Made by a program: the position numbers and the translations under genes
Assembly: GCA_016213845.1 (NCBI GenBank)
Contig: JACQZN010000129.1
Location: 13,268 to 77,267, forward strand
From: Candidatus Wallbacteria bacterium
GTDB taxonomy: Bacteria > Muiribacteriota > UBA6191 > JACPRK01
Length of the DNA: 64,000 nt
Direction: 5' to 3'
Shown here: piece by piece, positions 28,397-38,038 of the stretch
Position numbering within the stretch: position 1 is the stretch's first letter
Layout: the number at the start of each line of letters is the position of its first letter
The notes under the pieces: generated by a model
What the model was told of the DNA's origin: nothing
The model's database searches: none
What the model saw: the letters and a program-made list of their open reading frames with translations, nothing else

Positions 28397-29044
28397 CTGA
28401 GCGTCAAGCTGATCCTCGCGTCGAGCTCGCCCCGGCGGCGAGAGATCCTGCGCTCCCTGGGAATCGCTTTCGAAACGATTGACCCCGCGGCCGAGGAGCT
28501 CGACGGACCCCGAGCGGCCCGGCTGGGACTGGCCCCCGTTCAACTGGTGCGCGAGAACGCGCGGCGCAAGGCCGAGGCGGGACGGGTGGCGTTTGCTCTT
28601 GCGGGCGCACCGGCGCACGTAAGGAATCTGTTTCTGGGTGTCGATACAATCGTTGTGAAGGATGGTATCGTTTTGTCGAAACCTGGAAACGAGTCGGACG
28701 CTCGCCGGATGTTGAGCCGATTGCAGGGCGCCCGACACGAAGTCCTGAGCGGACTTTGCCTGGCCTCCAGCGACGGCCTGGAAGTCGTCTCCAGCTGCCG
28801 GACGGAGGTCGAGTTTGCGCCGATGAGCGGCCCGGAGCTCGACTGGTACCTCTCGACAGGTGAGTACAGTGACAAGGCAGGCGCCTACGGCATCCAGGGG
28901 CTGGCCTCCCTCTTCGTCAAGGAGATCGAGGGCTGCTACTTCAATGTCGTGGGTTTGCCGGTGCGGACCCTCTACGAGGCGCTCTCGAAGCTGAACGTCC
29001 CGGTCGCCGGTTTGAGGACCGGCCAGGGAGGTGCTGATCGGTGA
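28397..29044 (+). CDS. maf: Maf family nucleotide pyrophosphatase (start codon uncertain, probably CTG 28397)
   Basis: ILASSSPRRREIL, GVDTIV, SKPG, DKAGAYGIQG, NVVGLP; AGGAGG at 28381. Confidence 0.93.
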   Translation: MSVKLILASSSPRRREILRSLGIAFETIDPAAEELDGPRAARLGLAPVQLVRENARRKAEAGRVAFALAGAPAHVRNLFLGVDTIVVKDGIVLSKPGNESDARRMLSRLQGARHEVLSGLCLASSDGLEVVSSCRTEVEFAPMSGPELDWYLSTGEYSDKAGAYGIQGLASLFVKEIEGCYFNVVGLPVRTLYEALSKLNVPVAGLRTGQGGADR

Positions 29045-30111
29045 ATCGCAGGACCAGACGCGCACTCATGATTGGAGCCGTCATTTTCATCGTGATTCTT
29101 CTAGTGAGCACGATGACGGGGGGTCCCGAGGCACCTCCGCCGGCCGGGTCCGACGGGACGCAGGGTCAGCCCGGCGACGCCGCGGGAAAGCCGCCGGCCC
29201 CTCCGGAAGACCTCATCGAGACCGTCGTCGCGAAGGTGACGATCCCGAAACAGAAGCAGATCAAGCCCGAGATGATCGACGTCGTCAAGGTGCCGTCGAG
29301 CCTCCGGAGCTCCGACGCCGTGACCAACGTCAAGGACGTGCTGGACCACTACTCGCTGGTCAGGATCTTCGAGAAGGAGCAGATCCTGCGAGTGCGCCTC
29401 GGAGAATCCGCCAGCGCCGACGTCGGGATGGCTTATGTCATCGGCAGAGGCAAGCGAGCAGTCTCCGTGCCGATGCAGACGGATCGCGCCGTCGGCGGCT
29501 ACGTGAGCCCGGGCACGACTGTCGACATCCTGGGGACCTTCCGCACGACCGGCGGGATGATCACGCGGCGGGTGCTCTCGAAGAAGAAGATCCTGGCCAT
29601 CAACGACAAGCACATCATCGAGAAGGCCGGCGCCAAGCCGGCGCCGAAGGCACCGGAGCCGGGCAAGGATGGCGAGCCCGCCAAGGAGCAGGGCTTCCAG
29701 CAGATCGAAAACATCCAGTCCGTGACTTTCGAGCTCTCTCCCGTCGAGGGCGAGAAGCTCCTGATGGCTTCGCAGAACGGCTCACTGACCCTGGAGATCG
29801 TGCATCCGGAGTCGGCCAGCACGGAGCTGAGGCCGGTGCACGAAGGCCAGTTCAAGACCGAGCCCGGCCAGGATGCGGCGGCCACGGAGGCCACGCCGAC
29901 ACAGCAGGTCGGCCCGCCCCCTGTGCGAATGGTCGAAATCATCCGATACAAGACTAAGGACGTCCAGGCCGTCGGAGTTCGTCCTCCGACCACCAGCGCT
30001 CCCGCGGGTGCCGTCGCAACCGGCACACCACCAGCCGTCGCACCACAAGCCCCATCCGCCACGGTCCAGGGCCAGCTCCCAGTGGGGCAGGCCCCCTCTC
30101 CGAGGCAGTAG
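29041..30111 (+). CDS. cpaB: Flp pilus assembly protein CpaB/RcpC
   Basis: N-terminal TM, SAF domain (VVAKVTIP...I...MI), GKRAVSV, VGGYVSPGTTVDI, VTFELSPVEGEKL. Confidence 0.85.
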   Translation: MNRRTRRALMIGAVIFIVILLVSTMTGGPEAPPPAGSDGTQGQPGDAAGKPPAPPEDLIETVVAKVTIPKQKQIKPEMIDVVKVPSSLRSSDAVTNVKDVLDHYSLVRIFEKEQILRVRLGESASADVGMAYVIGRGKRAVSVPMQTDRAVGGYVSPGTTVDILGTFRTTGGMITRRVLSKKKILAINDKHIIEKAGAKPAPKAPEPGKDGEPAKEQGFQQIENIQSVTFELSPVEGEKLLMASQNGSLTLEIVHPESASTELRPVHEGQFKTEPGQDAAATEATPTQQVGPPPVRMVEIIRYKTKDVQAVGVRPPTTSAPAGAVATGTPPAVAPQAPSATVQGQLPVGQAPSPRQ

Positions 30112-30174
30112 CCACACCACGAGACTCCCCCGCTCATGAGACGTAGCACCCGCTTCCACCCATCGGAGGTCGTC

Positions 30175-32826
30175 ATGGTTTCACGAGGTAGCGCGCTGAC
30201 AATGGCCCTACTGGTCCTGCTTTCGGCCTGCGCGCCGGTCGATGCCGCTCCGCGAGCGCGCAAGCCCAAGCGCGGCTCGACGCCTCCCCTCGTGCTTGCC
30301 CAGGCAACGCAGCAGCCCGCGGCCAAGCCCCTGGTGGAGGCACCGGCACCCACCGCAACTCCGGCAGCTCCGAGTTCCTCGGCTGCCACTGCGGCCCTGA
30401 CTGCACCCGCCCCCGAAGAGGTCCGCGGCGCAATCGCCCTCGATCAGACAGGCAGCTCCACCCCGGTGCGGGTCAACGACCGCGGCGAGAAAATCCCGGA
30501 CGTGCTGCGGCTCTACCCCAACGAGTCGAAGATCATCAAGGTCGAGGGCCTCAAGCGCGTATCGATCACCAATCAGAACATCGCCGACGTCGTCATCGTC
30601 AGCCCGGACGAGATCCTGGTCCTTCCCAACCAGGGCGGCGCCGGCGGCCGGACGTCGGCCTACTTCTGGGACAAGGACGGTCGCAAGGAGATCCGCATCG
30701 TCGTGATCGGGCGCGCCGAGGAGAGCAGCATCGCCGAGCAGATCCAGCGGGACATCAACCTGTCCAACGTCTCCGTCGAGTACATCAACAACCGCATCAT
30801 CCTGCGCGGCAAGGTGAGAAACGGCGCCGAGAAGCAGTACGCGACCGATATCTCGGGGCTCTACGGCGGGCCCATCCTGAACCTGCTCGAGGTCGAGGGC
30901 GTCTCCGTCGACCCGAAGGAAGCGCTGATCAAGCTGCTCAACCTGCCAGACGTCAAGATCACAGTCGTGAATACGGCGCTGCAGGCCAGCGCGGCGCAGC
31001 TCGCCCCGGCACCCGGCCAGATTCCGGCCGCCGCGGCGGCGCAGCCGCAGCAGTCCGGCATCAGCGTCACGCCTCCCCTGTACGTCTCCGCCAACACGCC
31101 ACCCTCGTCTTCGGCCAGCTCCACAATCGGCGGGCAGCCAGCGGGCGGCGTCACCAACCAGGCGCCCTCGCAGTCGAGCACCCCTGGGATTCCCGCCGCG
31201 GCGCCCCCTCAGACGGTGATGGTGCTTCTGGAAGGCACGGTCGATGACGAGCAGGACAAGGCCCGCGCCGACGAGATCACACGCGCCTTCTTCAACGGCG
31301 CCAACCAGAACTCGACGTTCGGCAACTTCGCGATCGTCATCAACCACATCGAGGTCGTGAAGCCGGTACAGGTGCTGGTGGAGGGCATGCTCCTGGACAT
31401 CAACACCGACAACAGCAAGCAGTTCGACTTCAAGTGGGGCACCAACCAGATCACCGGCATCCAGCCTGGCGGCGAAATTCCGTCGCCTCCGGCCGTGCTC
31501 CCCGTGGCCAACCAGAACTCCATCAACTTCATGGAGACCCCGGTCGCCAATGTGTTGGGCCAGTTCGCGCACACGGGCGGCGAAGTGAGCCGCAACGGGT
31601 TCTGGCCGCCGTTCCCCTTCCCGATGCAGCGGTTCAACCGCATGGACCCCCTGCTGGTGCAGGTCTCCTGGGCCATCAAGAACAACAAGGCCAAGCTCAT
31701 CGCCAGCCCCAAGGTCGTCACCCGCAGCGGCCTGCCCGCGACGATAAACGTCGGAGGCACGGTGCCCCTGCCGGTTCCCGCAGGGCTGGGCGTGACCGGC
31801 ATCCAGCTCCTGCGCTTCGGCACCCAGATGCGAATCACCCCGACCGTCGACCACCGGGGCAACATCGACACCACCGTCAACATCAGCGTCAGCGACGCCA
31901 AGCCCGGCGGCGAATCGACCAACCGCGACACCGACACGCGGGTGACGGTGCGTGACGGCCAGCACATCGTGGTCAGCGGCCTGGTGCAGAACACGACTCA
32001 GCTGCAGGTGACCAAGGTGCCCTTCTTCGGCGATCTGCCGTGGGTGGGCCGGCTCTTCCAGACGAAGACCAACTCGGACGTGCAGCGTGAGACGGTCGCG
32101 ATCATCACGCCTCGCCTGCTGGATGCGGTCGAGAAGGAAGAGATGTTTGCGGGCAAGACCCCGTATGGCGAAGCGGGCCCCTCGGCGGCCGACCTGAAGG
32201 CCGCGAACAAGGGTGCGAAGGGCACGTCCAGGGCCTCAGGCGCCCAGGCGGCCAAGCCGGCTCCTGGCAGCCCCGAAAGCACCGGCAACTCCGCCATCGA
32301 GCGAGCTCGTCTCGAGACTCAGGCCCGGATCGCGAAACTCACGACCTCCTCGGGGACACTGGAGCCGAGTTCGTCCGCCCCGGTGACCGAGCGCCAGCAG
32401 CGCGTCAGGGCGATGTTCGAGAAGATGAAGCAGGAAGAGAAGGCCGCGGCCACCAAGCCCGTCGCCGTCGCTCGCGCCGCGGCCCCGCGCAAGGTCAACG
32501 CGCCCGAGACCGAGCTTCCTCTGATGACCCTGGCACCGTCGCCGGTGACCCTCCAGGCGGAGGCCGGCAAATCCCGGCTCCCGGCCTGGGGAGACGACCT
32601 CGGTGGCGACGGCGCCCCCAGCCCGTTCGCCGCCGCCGGCAGCGGCCCGGACCGCACGCACTCCGCTGACGGGAAGATCGCCACGGTAACGATTGAAGAA
32701 GTCCGCGCCGCGACTTCGAGCGCGTCGAGCTCGGGCGAGAAGGACGATTCGATCGAACAGGTATCCCGGAAGATCGACGACCTCTTCGACCGTATCGACC
32801 GGAGCATGACCGGCCAGGCGCAGTAA
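30175..32826 (+). CDS. cpaC: Tad secretin CpaC/RcpA with BON domains and long C-terminal extension
   Basis: Signal peptide; pilus-formation N domain (RVSITNQNIADV), BON domains, secretin core (SPKVVTRSG.PA.INVGG; KVPFFGDLPWVGRLF; IITPRL). Confidence 0.88.
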   Translation: MVSRGSALTMALLVLLSACAPVDAAPRARKPKRGSTPPLVLAQATQQPAAKPLVEAPAPTATPAAPSSSAATAALTAPAPEEVRGAIALDQTGSSTPVRVNDRGEKIPDVLRLYPNESKIIKVEGLKRVSITNQNIADVVIVSPDEILVLPNQGGAGGRTSAYFWDKDGRKEIRIVVIGRAEESSIAEQIQRDINLSNVSVEYINNRIILRGKVRNGAEKQYATDISGLYGGPILNLLEVEGVSVDPKEALIKLLNLPDVKITVVNTALQASAAQLAPAPGQIPAAAAAQPQQSGISVTPPLYVSANTPPSSSASSTIGGQPAGGVTNQAPSQSSTPGIPAAAPPQTVMVLLEGTVDDEQDKARADEITRAFFNGANQNSTFGNFAIVINHIEVVKPVQVLVEGMLLDINTDNSKQFDFKWGTNQITGIQPGGEIPSPPAVLPVANQNSINFMETPVANVLGQFAHTGGEVSRNGFWPPFPFPMQRFNRMDPLLVQVSWAIKNNKAKLIASPKVVTRSGLPATINVGGTVPLPVPAGLGVTGIQLLRFGTQMRITPTVDHRGNIDTTVNISVSDAKPGGESTNRDTDTRVTVRDGQHIVVSGLVQNTTQLQVTKVPFFGDLPWVGRLFQTKTNSDVQRETVAIITPRLLDAVEKEEMFAGKTPYGEAGPSAADLKAANKGAKGTSRASGAQAAKPAPGSPESTGNSAIERARLETQARIAKLTTSSGTLEPSSSAPVTERQQRVRAMFEKMKQEEKAAATKPVAVARAAAPRKVNAPETELPLMTLAPSPVTLQAEAGKSRLPAWGDDLGGDGAPSPFAAAGSGPDRTHSADGKIATVTIEEVRAATSSASSSGEKDDSIEQVSRKIDDLFDRIDRSMTGQAQ

Positions 32827-32852
32827 CGTAGCGGTCTGCCCCAGTCGGAAAG

Positions 32853-32882
32853 TTGCCACGGGCCCGTGAAGGGTGCTAGCAT
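32853..32882 (+). promoter_or_regulatory. Internal promoter upstream of cpaE
   Basis: TTGCCA, 18 bp spacer, TAGCAT with extended TG. Confidence 0.5.
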
Positions 32883-32943
32883 GAATCGCCGTTTGCCGCG
32901 CCGCTGGACCCCCTAGCTCCTCGACGGTCCGACACTGCATCCT

Positions 32944-34227
32944 ATGCCAGCCGAGTCCATCCGAATCCTCCTCGCCGATGACAAGATCGAGCTGAGGCAG
33001 AACATCAAGCGTCTGCTTTCGTTCGAGGAGTCGATCGAGGTCGTCGGAGAAGCCTCCAATGGCCAGGAGGCAATCGACGTCGCCAAGATCTGCCGGCCGG
33101 ACCTGTTGATCATGGACATCAACATGCCCGTGATCGACGGCATCACGGCCACGGAGATCATCACCAGCGAGTTGCCGAGCGTGTCGGTGATCTTGACGTC
33201 CGTCCAGGGCGACCAGGAGTTCATCCGCAAGGCGATGAAGGCCGGCGCCCGCGACTTCCTGATCAAGCCGTTCTCCAACGACGAGCTGATCGACACGATC
33301 AAGAGCGTCTTCAAGTCCGATCAGCGCAAGCGGCAGCTCTACACGGCCCCGACCGCGGGCGCAGCGGAGGGAACGGGGACGGCCCGTGCGAAGGGCAAGA
33401 AAGAGGGCGAGGTCGTCACTCTGTTCGCCACCAAGGGCGGAGTCGGCAAGACGACCGTGCTGCTGAACCTGGCCGTGACGCTCTCGAAGTACGGCGGCTA
33501 CAAGGTGGCTGTCGTCGACTTCGACCTCCAGTTCGGCGACGTGGCGATCATGCTGAACCTGATCCCGAGCCGCAACGTGATCAGCCTGCTGGAAGAGCCG
33601 CCGCCATGGACCTCCAACGTCGTGCTGGACTACATGATCCCGCACGAGCAGTCCGGCATCGAAGTTCTCCTGGCGCCATCCCGCCCGGAGTACGCCGAAA
33701 TCGTTCAAGTCGAGCACATCGAGCAGACGCTGATGCTTCTGCGCGAGCAGTACGACTACATCCTGGTCGATACCTCGAGCATGTTCCGCAACATCGAGCT
33801 GTCGGTGCTCGACGCCAGCCAGCAGATCCTGGTCGTGACGACCCTGGAGCTGTCCGCGATCAAGGACATGAAGCTCTGCCTGGACCTGCTCGCGAATCTG
33901 AACTACAACCCGGACAAGATCCGGCTGGTCCTCAATCGCGGTAAGCCCAACGTCGGCGGCATCACCTACGAGGATGTCCAGAGCGGCTTGAAGAAAGAAA
34001 TTTCCGCGCTCATCCCGACCGAAGGCCGAGTCTGCATCGAAGCGATCAACAAGGGCACGCCATTCATGCTCAATGACACCAGCTCTGAGCTGGCGGTGAG
34101 CTTCCTGAAGCTGGCCGAGATCGTGACCGGGCAGAAGGTCCGCTCGAGCGAACCGGCAGCCGCAAAGGCCGGTGGCGGTCTCTTCGACCGCTTCAGCAGC
34201 ATATTCTCCGGCCAGGGCGGCCGCTGA
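32944..34227 (+). CDS. cpaE: CpaE/TadZ: receiver domain plus ParA/MinD-like ATPase
   Basis: ILLADD, IMDINMP, FLIKPF; TKGGVGKT, DFDLQFGDVAIML. Confidence 0.88.
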   Translation: MPAESIRILLADDKIELRQNIKRLLSFEESIEVVGEASNGQEAIDVAKICRPDLLIMDINMPVIDGITATEIITSELPSVSVILTSVQGDQEFIRKAMKAGARDFLIKPFSNDELIDTIKSVFKSDQRKRQLYTAPTAGAAEGTGTARAKGKKEGEVVTLFATKGGVGKTTVLLNLAVTLSKYGGYKVAVVDFDLQFGDVAIMLNLIPSRNVISLLEEPPPWTSNVVLDYMIPHEQSGIEVLLAPSRPEYAEIVQVEHIEQTLMLLREQYDYILVDTSSMFRNIELSVLDASQQILVVTTLELSAIKDMKLCLDLLANLNYNPDKIRLVLNRGKPNVGGITYEDVQSGLKKEISALIPTEGRVCIEAINKGTPFMLNDTSSELAVSFLKLAEIVTGQKVRSSEPAAAKAGGGLFDRFSSIFSGQGGR

Positions 34228-34354
34228 GGGTCAGTCCGCCGGCGGACCCGGCGGTCCCCGGGATGCGCTCTGGTGCACCCGGTCCGTGGCGCTGCGCTTC
34301 GCCGCGCCGGTTTGACGTGCCGGTCCGGGCGCAGTAGCCATTCCGGTGCAAGTT

Positions 34355-34383
34355 TTGTAATTCACCGCGCCGGGCTATATACT
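34355..34383 (+). promoter_or_regulatory. Internal sigma70 promoter upstream of cpaF
   Basis: TTGTAA (34355-34360), 17 bp spacer, TATACT (34378-34383). Confidence 0.7.
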
Positions 34384-34456
34384 TTTGGAGCGGTAGCGGC
34401 CGCTGCAGGCGAAGACCGCCTCCCAGGTGTGCGCGCGTGGATGGAGGTAGTGCATC

Positions 34457-35992
34457 GTGTCCCTGCTCGACAGGCTGAAAGGTACGCAGTCCGGCGTCAA
34501 GAAAGAGGAGTCGCCAGGCACCTCTCCTGGCGTACCGGCTCAAACGAACAAGCCGCACACGATCAGCCCGACTCAGGCCCCGACCGAGGCTGGCGGCGCG
34601 CTCGAGGGAGGCCTTGCCAAGGTCGACAAGATGACCCTTGGCGGGGTCAAGGAGCGCCTGCTGCAGAAGAAGGGCGCCGAGACGGTCACCGCGCAGGAGG
34701 ACCCGTACTACGAGCTGAAGGCTCAGATCCAGGACATGCTGGTCGACAACCTCGACACCGAGGCGATGAAGTCGGTCGACGAGCGCGAGAAAGAGAAGAT
34801 GATCCGCCAGAAGATCGAGGAGCTGATCGGCTCGATCGGGGCGGACCAGGGATTTGCACGCACCAGCCTGGGGCTGAAGAACCTGGTGCAGGACGTGGTC
34901 GACGAAGTGATGGGGCTGGGGCCGATCGAGACGCTGCTCCGGGACGACGAGATCTCGGAAGTCATGGTCAACGGTCCCAAGAAGATCTACGTGGAGAGGC
35001 ACGGCAAGCTCGTGCTGACCGAGCGCCACTTCCGCGACGACGGCCATGTGATGCACATCATCCACAAGATCGTGGCGCCTCTGGGCCGCCACATCGACGA
35101 ATCGAGCCCGATGGTGGACGCGCGCCTCAAGGACGGCAGCCGTGTCAACGCCATCATCCCGCCGCTGGCCCTCTGCGGACCTGTTCTGACCATCCGCAAG
35201 TTCAAGAAGGACCAGCTGACGCCCAAGGACCTGATCAAGTACGGCACCCTCACCGAGGAGATGTGCGATTTCCTGGCCGCGTGTGTGCGGGTGAGGCTCA
35301 ACGTGCTGGTCAGCGGAGGAACGGGCTCCGGGAAAACGACCACGCTGAACATTCTCTCGAGCTTCATCCCGCCCGACGAGCGCATCATCACCGTGGAAGA
35401 TGCCGCCGAACTCCAGCTGCGACAGGAGCACGTGGTCAGCATGGAAACCCGTCCGCCCAACATCGAAGGCAAGGGCGAGATTTCCATCAGAGACCTGGTC
35501 CGCAACTGTCTCCGAATGCGGCCCGAGCGAATCATCGTCGGCGAGATCCGCGGCGGCGAGGCCCTCGACATGCTCCAGGCGATGAACACCGGCCACGACG
35601 GCTCCTTGACCACGGGCCACGCCAACAGTCCGCGCGACATGATCGCCCGCCTGGAGACGATGGTGATGATGGCCGGAATGGACCTGCCGTCGAAGGCCAT
35701 CCGCGAGCAGATCGCCAGCGCCATCGACCTGATCGTTCAGCAGAACCGCCTTCGGGACGGCAGCCGCAAGATCACTCACATCACCGAGGTTGCAGGTCTC
35801 GAGGGCGACGCGGTGGTCTTGCAGGACATCTTCAGGTTCGAGCAAACGGGTGTCGACGAGAAGGGAAAGATACTGGGCCGCCTCAAGCCGACGGGCATCC
35901 GCCCGAAGTTCATGCACAAGTTCCAGGAGGAGGGAATCGTCCTTCCCGCCCGTATCTTCATGTCCAAGGACGAGGAAGGCACGACCTGGTAG
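34457..35992 (+). CDS. cpaF: Tad secretion ATPase CpaF/TadA
   Basis: GLGPIETLL, GGTGSGKTT, ITVEDAAEL, LRMRPERIIVGEIRG, MNTGHDG. Confidence 0.95.
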   Translation: MSLLDRLKGTQSGVKKEESPGTSPGVPAQTNKPHTISPTQAPTEAGGALEGGLAKVDKMTLGGVKERLLQKKGAETVTAQEDPYYELKAQIQDMLVDNLDTEAMKSVDEREKEKMIRQKIEELIGSIGADQGFARTSLGLKNLVQDVVDEVMGLGPIETLLRDDEISEVMVNGPKKIYVERHGKLVLTERHFRDDGHVMHIIHKIVAPLGRHIDESSPMVDARLKDGSRVNAIIPPLALCGPVLTIRKFKKDQLTPKDLIKYGTLTEEMCDFLAACVRVRLNVLVSGGTGSGKTTTLNILSSFIPPDERIITVEDAAELQLRQEHVVSMETRPPNIEGKGEISIRDLVRNCLRMRPERIIVGEIRGGEALDMLQAMNTGHDGSLTTGHANSPRDMIARLETMVMMAGMDLPSKAIREQIASAIDLIVQQNRLRDGSRKITHITEVAGLEGDAVVLQDIFRFEQTGVDEKGKILGRLKPTGIRPKFMHKFQEEGIVLPARIFMSKDEEGTTW

Positions 35993-36043
35993 CGCGCGAA
36001 TCGCCCAGGTCCGTTGGGACCGACCGATGGAGGTAGCTCGCCG

Positions 36044-37033
36044 ATGGGTATGATGCCGATGCTGCTGGGGATAGGGGCTGTCGTGATGATCGCGGCCGTC
36101 TTCTTCTTCGGCAAGGACGAGGACCAGGAAGTCAAGGACCGCATGGCGCAGTTCGCCTCGCTGGAAGGCGAAGGCGGCGAGAAGGCCGAGGGTGCCGCGG
36201 TCAAGACCGAGGACACCAGCCAGGCGGTCATCAAGAAGCTCGGGGCGTTCGCCAAGCCCTTCACTCCCGACGCGCTCAACGAACGGTTCGGGAAGCTGAT
36301 CGAGAAGGCAGCCGTGAAGTGGCGGCCCAACGAGTTTGCCGCGCTCGTCTACATCTCGTTCATCCTGGGCGGCGCTGTCGGCTACGGCTACGGAGGCGGA
36401 CTCTTTCTCCTCATCTTCGCACCCGTGGGCGCAGGCCTGCCGTTTCTCTGGCTCAAGATCTGCTTCATGCGCCGGATGTCCGCCATCAGCAACCAGATGC
36501 TGGACACCCTCATCCTGCTGTCCAACGCCATCAAGGCCGGCGACAGCCTCCTGCAGGCGATGGACATGATCTCCAAGGAATCACCGCCGCCGATGGGCGA
36601 GGAGTTCAAGCGAATCATTCGCGAGATCGCGTATGGCGTGCCGGTGGAGGATGCGCTGACGGCCTTCAAGGAGCGCATCCCGAGCGAGGACCTGGACCTG
36701 ATGGTGACGGTCGTCCTGATCCAGCGGCAGATCGGAGGAAACCTCTCCGAGATCCTCGACAAGATCGCCCACACCATCCGCGAGCGCATGCGCATCCGAG
36801 GGCAGATTTCTACGCTCACCGCCCAGGGCAAAATCTCTGGGGCGGTCATCGCGGGCATGCCGATCGCGCTGATCGGCGTGCTCAGGTTCGTCAATCCCGG
36901 CTACATCAGCCTGCTCTGGAACTACTCGCCGAAGGACAACTCCTGGCACAGCTGGTACATCCTGGTGGTCTGCGGGATCATGGAGATTGTCGGCTTCATG
37001 GTCATCATGAAGATCGTCAACATCGAGGTCTGA
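36044..37033 (+). CDS. tadB: Tad inner-membrane platform protein TadB
   Basis: T2SSF-like: NAIKAG.SL.QA, QRQIGGNLSEIL, TAQGKISG; GGAGG at 36029. Confidence 0.9.
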   Translation: MGMMPMLLGIGAVVMIAAVFFFGKDEDQEVKDRMAQFASLEGEGGEKAEGAAVKTEDTSQAVIKKLGAFAKPFTPDALNERFGKLIEKAAVKWRPNEFAALVYISFILGGAVGYGYGGGLFLLIFAPVGAGLPFLWLKICFMRRMSAISNQMLDTLILLSNAIKAGDSLLQAMDMISKESPPPMGEEFKRIIREIAYGVPVEDALTAFKERIPSEDLDLMVTVVLIQRQIGGNLSEILDKIAHTIRERMRIRGQISTLTAQGKISGAVIAGMPIALIGVLRFVNPGYISLLWNYSPKDNSWHSWYILVVCGIMEIVGFMVIMKIVNIEV

Positions 37034-37059
37034 GGCCTCCGTCCCCGAGGTAAGGTCGC

Positions 37060-38019
37060 ATGCTGAAGCTCATCTTCGTCGCCGTCATCATCTTCGCGGG
37101 TGTCTACGCCATCCTGCAGCTGATGGCGCCTGAGGACCGCGACGTCCAGGAGCGGCTTGGCCGGCTCGACTCCATCACCGCCACCGGCGAGGACAAGTCG
37201 GCCTTCGTCTTCAACGAGGAGCTCCAGAAGCCGTTCTCGGAACGGATCCTGATGCCTGTAGTCCGGTCGGTTTCGAAAGTACTCACGAAATCGACCTCCA
37301 GCGACTTCGTCGGTCAGCTCCAGAAGCAGCTGGCCCAGGCAGGCTACCCTGGCGAGCTCAAGCCCCAGGAGTTCTTCGCCATCCAGGTGATCGTCTTCGT
37401 GGTCTTCCTGCTGATGGGCATCGGCATCTGCGCCCTCTGGATTCGCGGCAACTTCATGCTCGCTCTTCAGGTCATCGGTGCCCACGCCATTTTCGGCATC
37501 CTGATCCCCCGGCTCTGGCTGACTCGGCGCATCTCGGATCGGCAGCATGTGGTGCAGTTGCAGCTGCCGGACATCATGGACCTGCTCACGGTCAGCGTCG
37601 AGGCGGGCCTCGGATTCGACGCGGGCCTCGGCAAGGTGATCGAGAAGATGAAGGGCCCGCTACCCGACGAGTTCCGAGTGATTCTCCGTGAGATCCGGGT
37701 AGGCAAGACGCGCAAGCAGGCGCTGAAGGACTCGATGGAGCGAATCGGTGTAGTGGACGTGGAAGCGTTCTTCTCGGCGGTCATCCAGGCTGAGCAGCTG
37801 GGCGTGTCGCTGGCGAAGGTCCTGCGCGTGCAGTCCGACCAGCTCCGCCAGAAGCGCCGCCAGCGCGCCGAGGAACAGGCCCAGAAAGCGCCGGTCAAGA
37901 TGATGTTCCCTCTGGTGCTTTTCATCTTCCCCGTGATCCTCATCGTGCTGCTGGGCCCCGCAATCATCCGGGCCTACGACATCTTCATCGAGAAGGGCCA
38001 GGGGCCGGGCGGAAAGTAA
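37060..38019 (+). CDS. tadC: Tad inner-membrane platform protein TadC
   Basis: LPDIMDLLTVSVEAGLGFD, QAEQLGVSL, AEEQAQKAPVKMMFPL. Confidence 0.92.
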   Translation: MLKLIFVAVIIFAGVYAILQLMAPEDRDVQERLGRLDSITATGEDKSAFVFNEELQKPFSERILMPVVRSVSKVLTKSTSSDFVGQLQKQLAQAGYPGELKPQEFFAIQVIVFVVFLLMGIGICALWIRGNFMLALQVIGAHAIFGILIPRLWLTRRISDRQHVVQLQLPDIMDLLTVSVEAGLGFDAGLGKVIEKMKGPLPDEFRVILREIRVGKTRKQALKDSMERIGVVDVEAFFSAVIQAEQLGVSLAKVLRVQSDQLRQKRRQRAEEQAQKAPVKMMFPLVLFIFPVILIVLLGPAIIRAYDIFIEKGQGPGGK

Positions 38020-38038
38020 CCGCCCCCGGCGTCCCGCA

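Noticed and set aside
34384-34456. c-di-GMP riboswitch in the cpaF leader
   Set aside because: The conserved c-di-GMP-I and -II elements are not recognisable.
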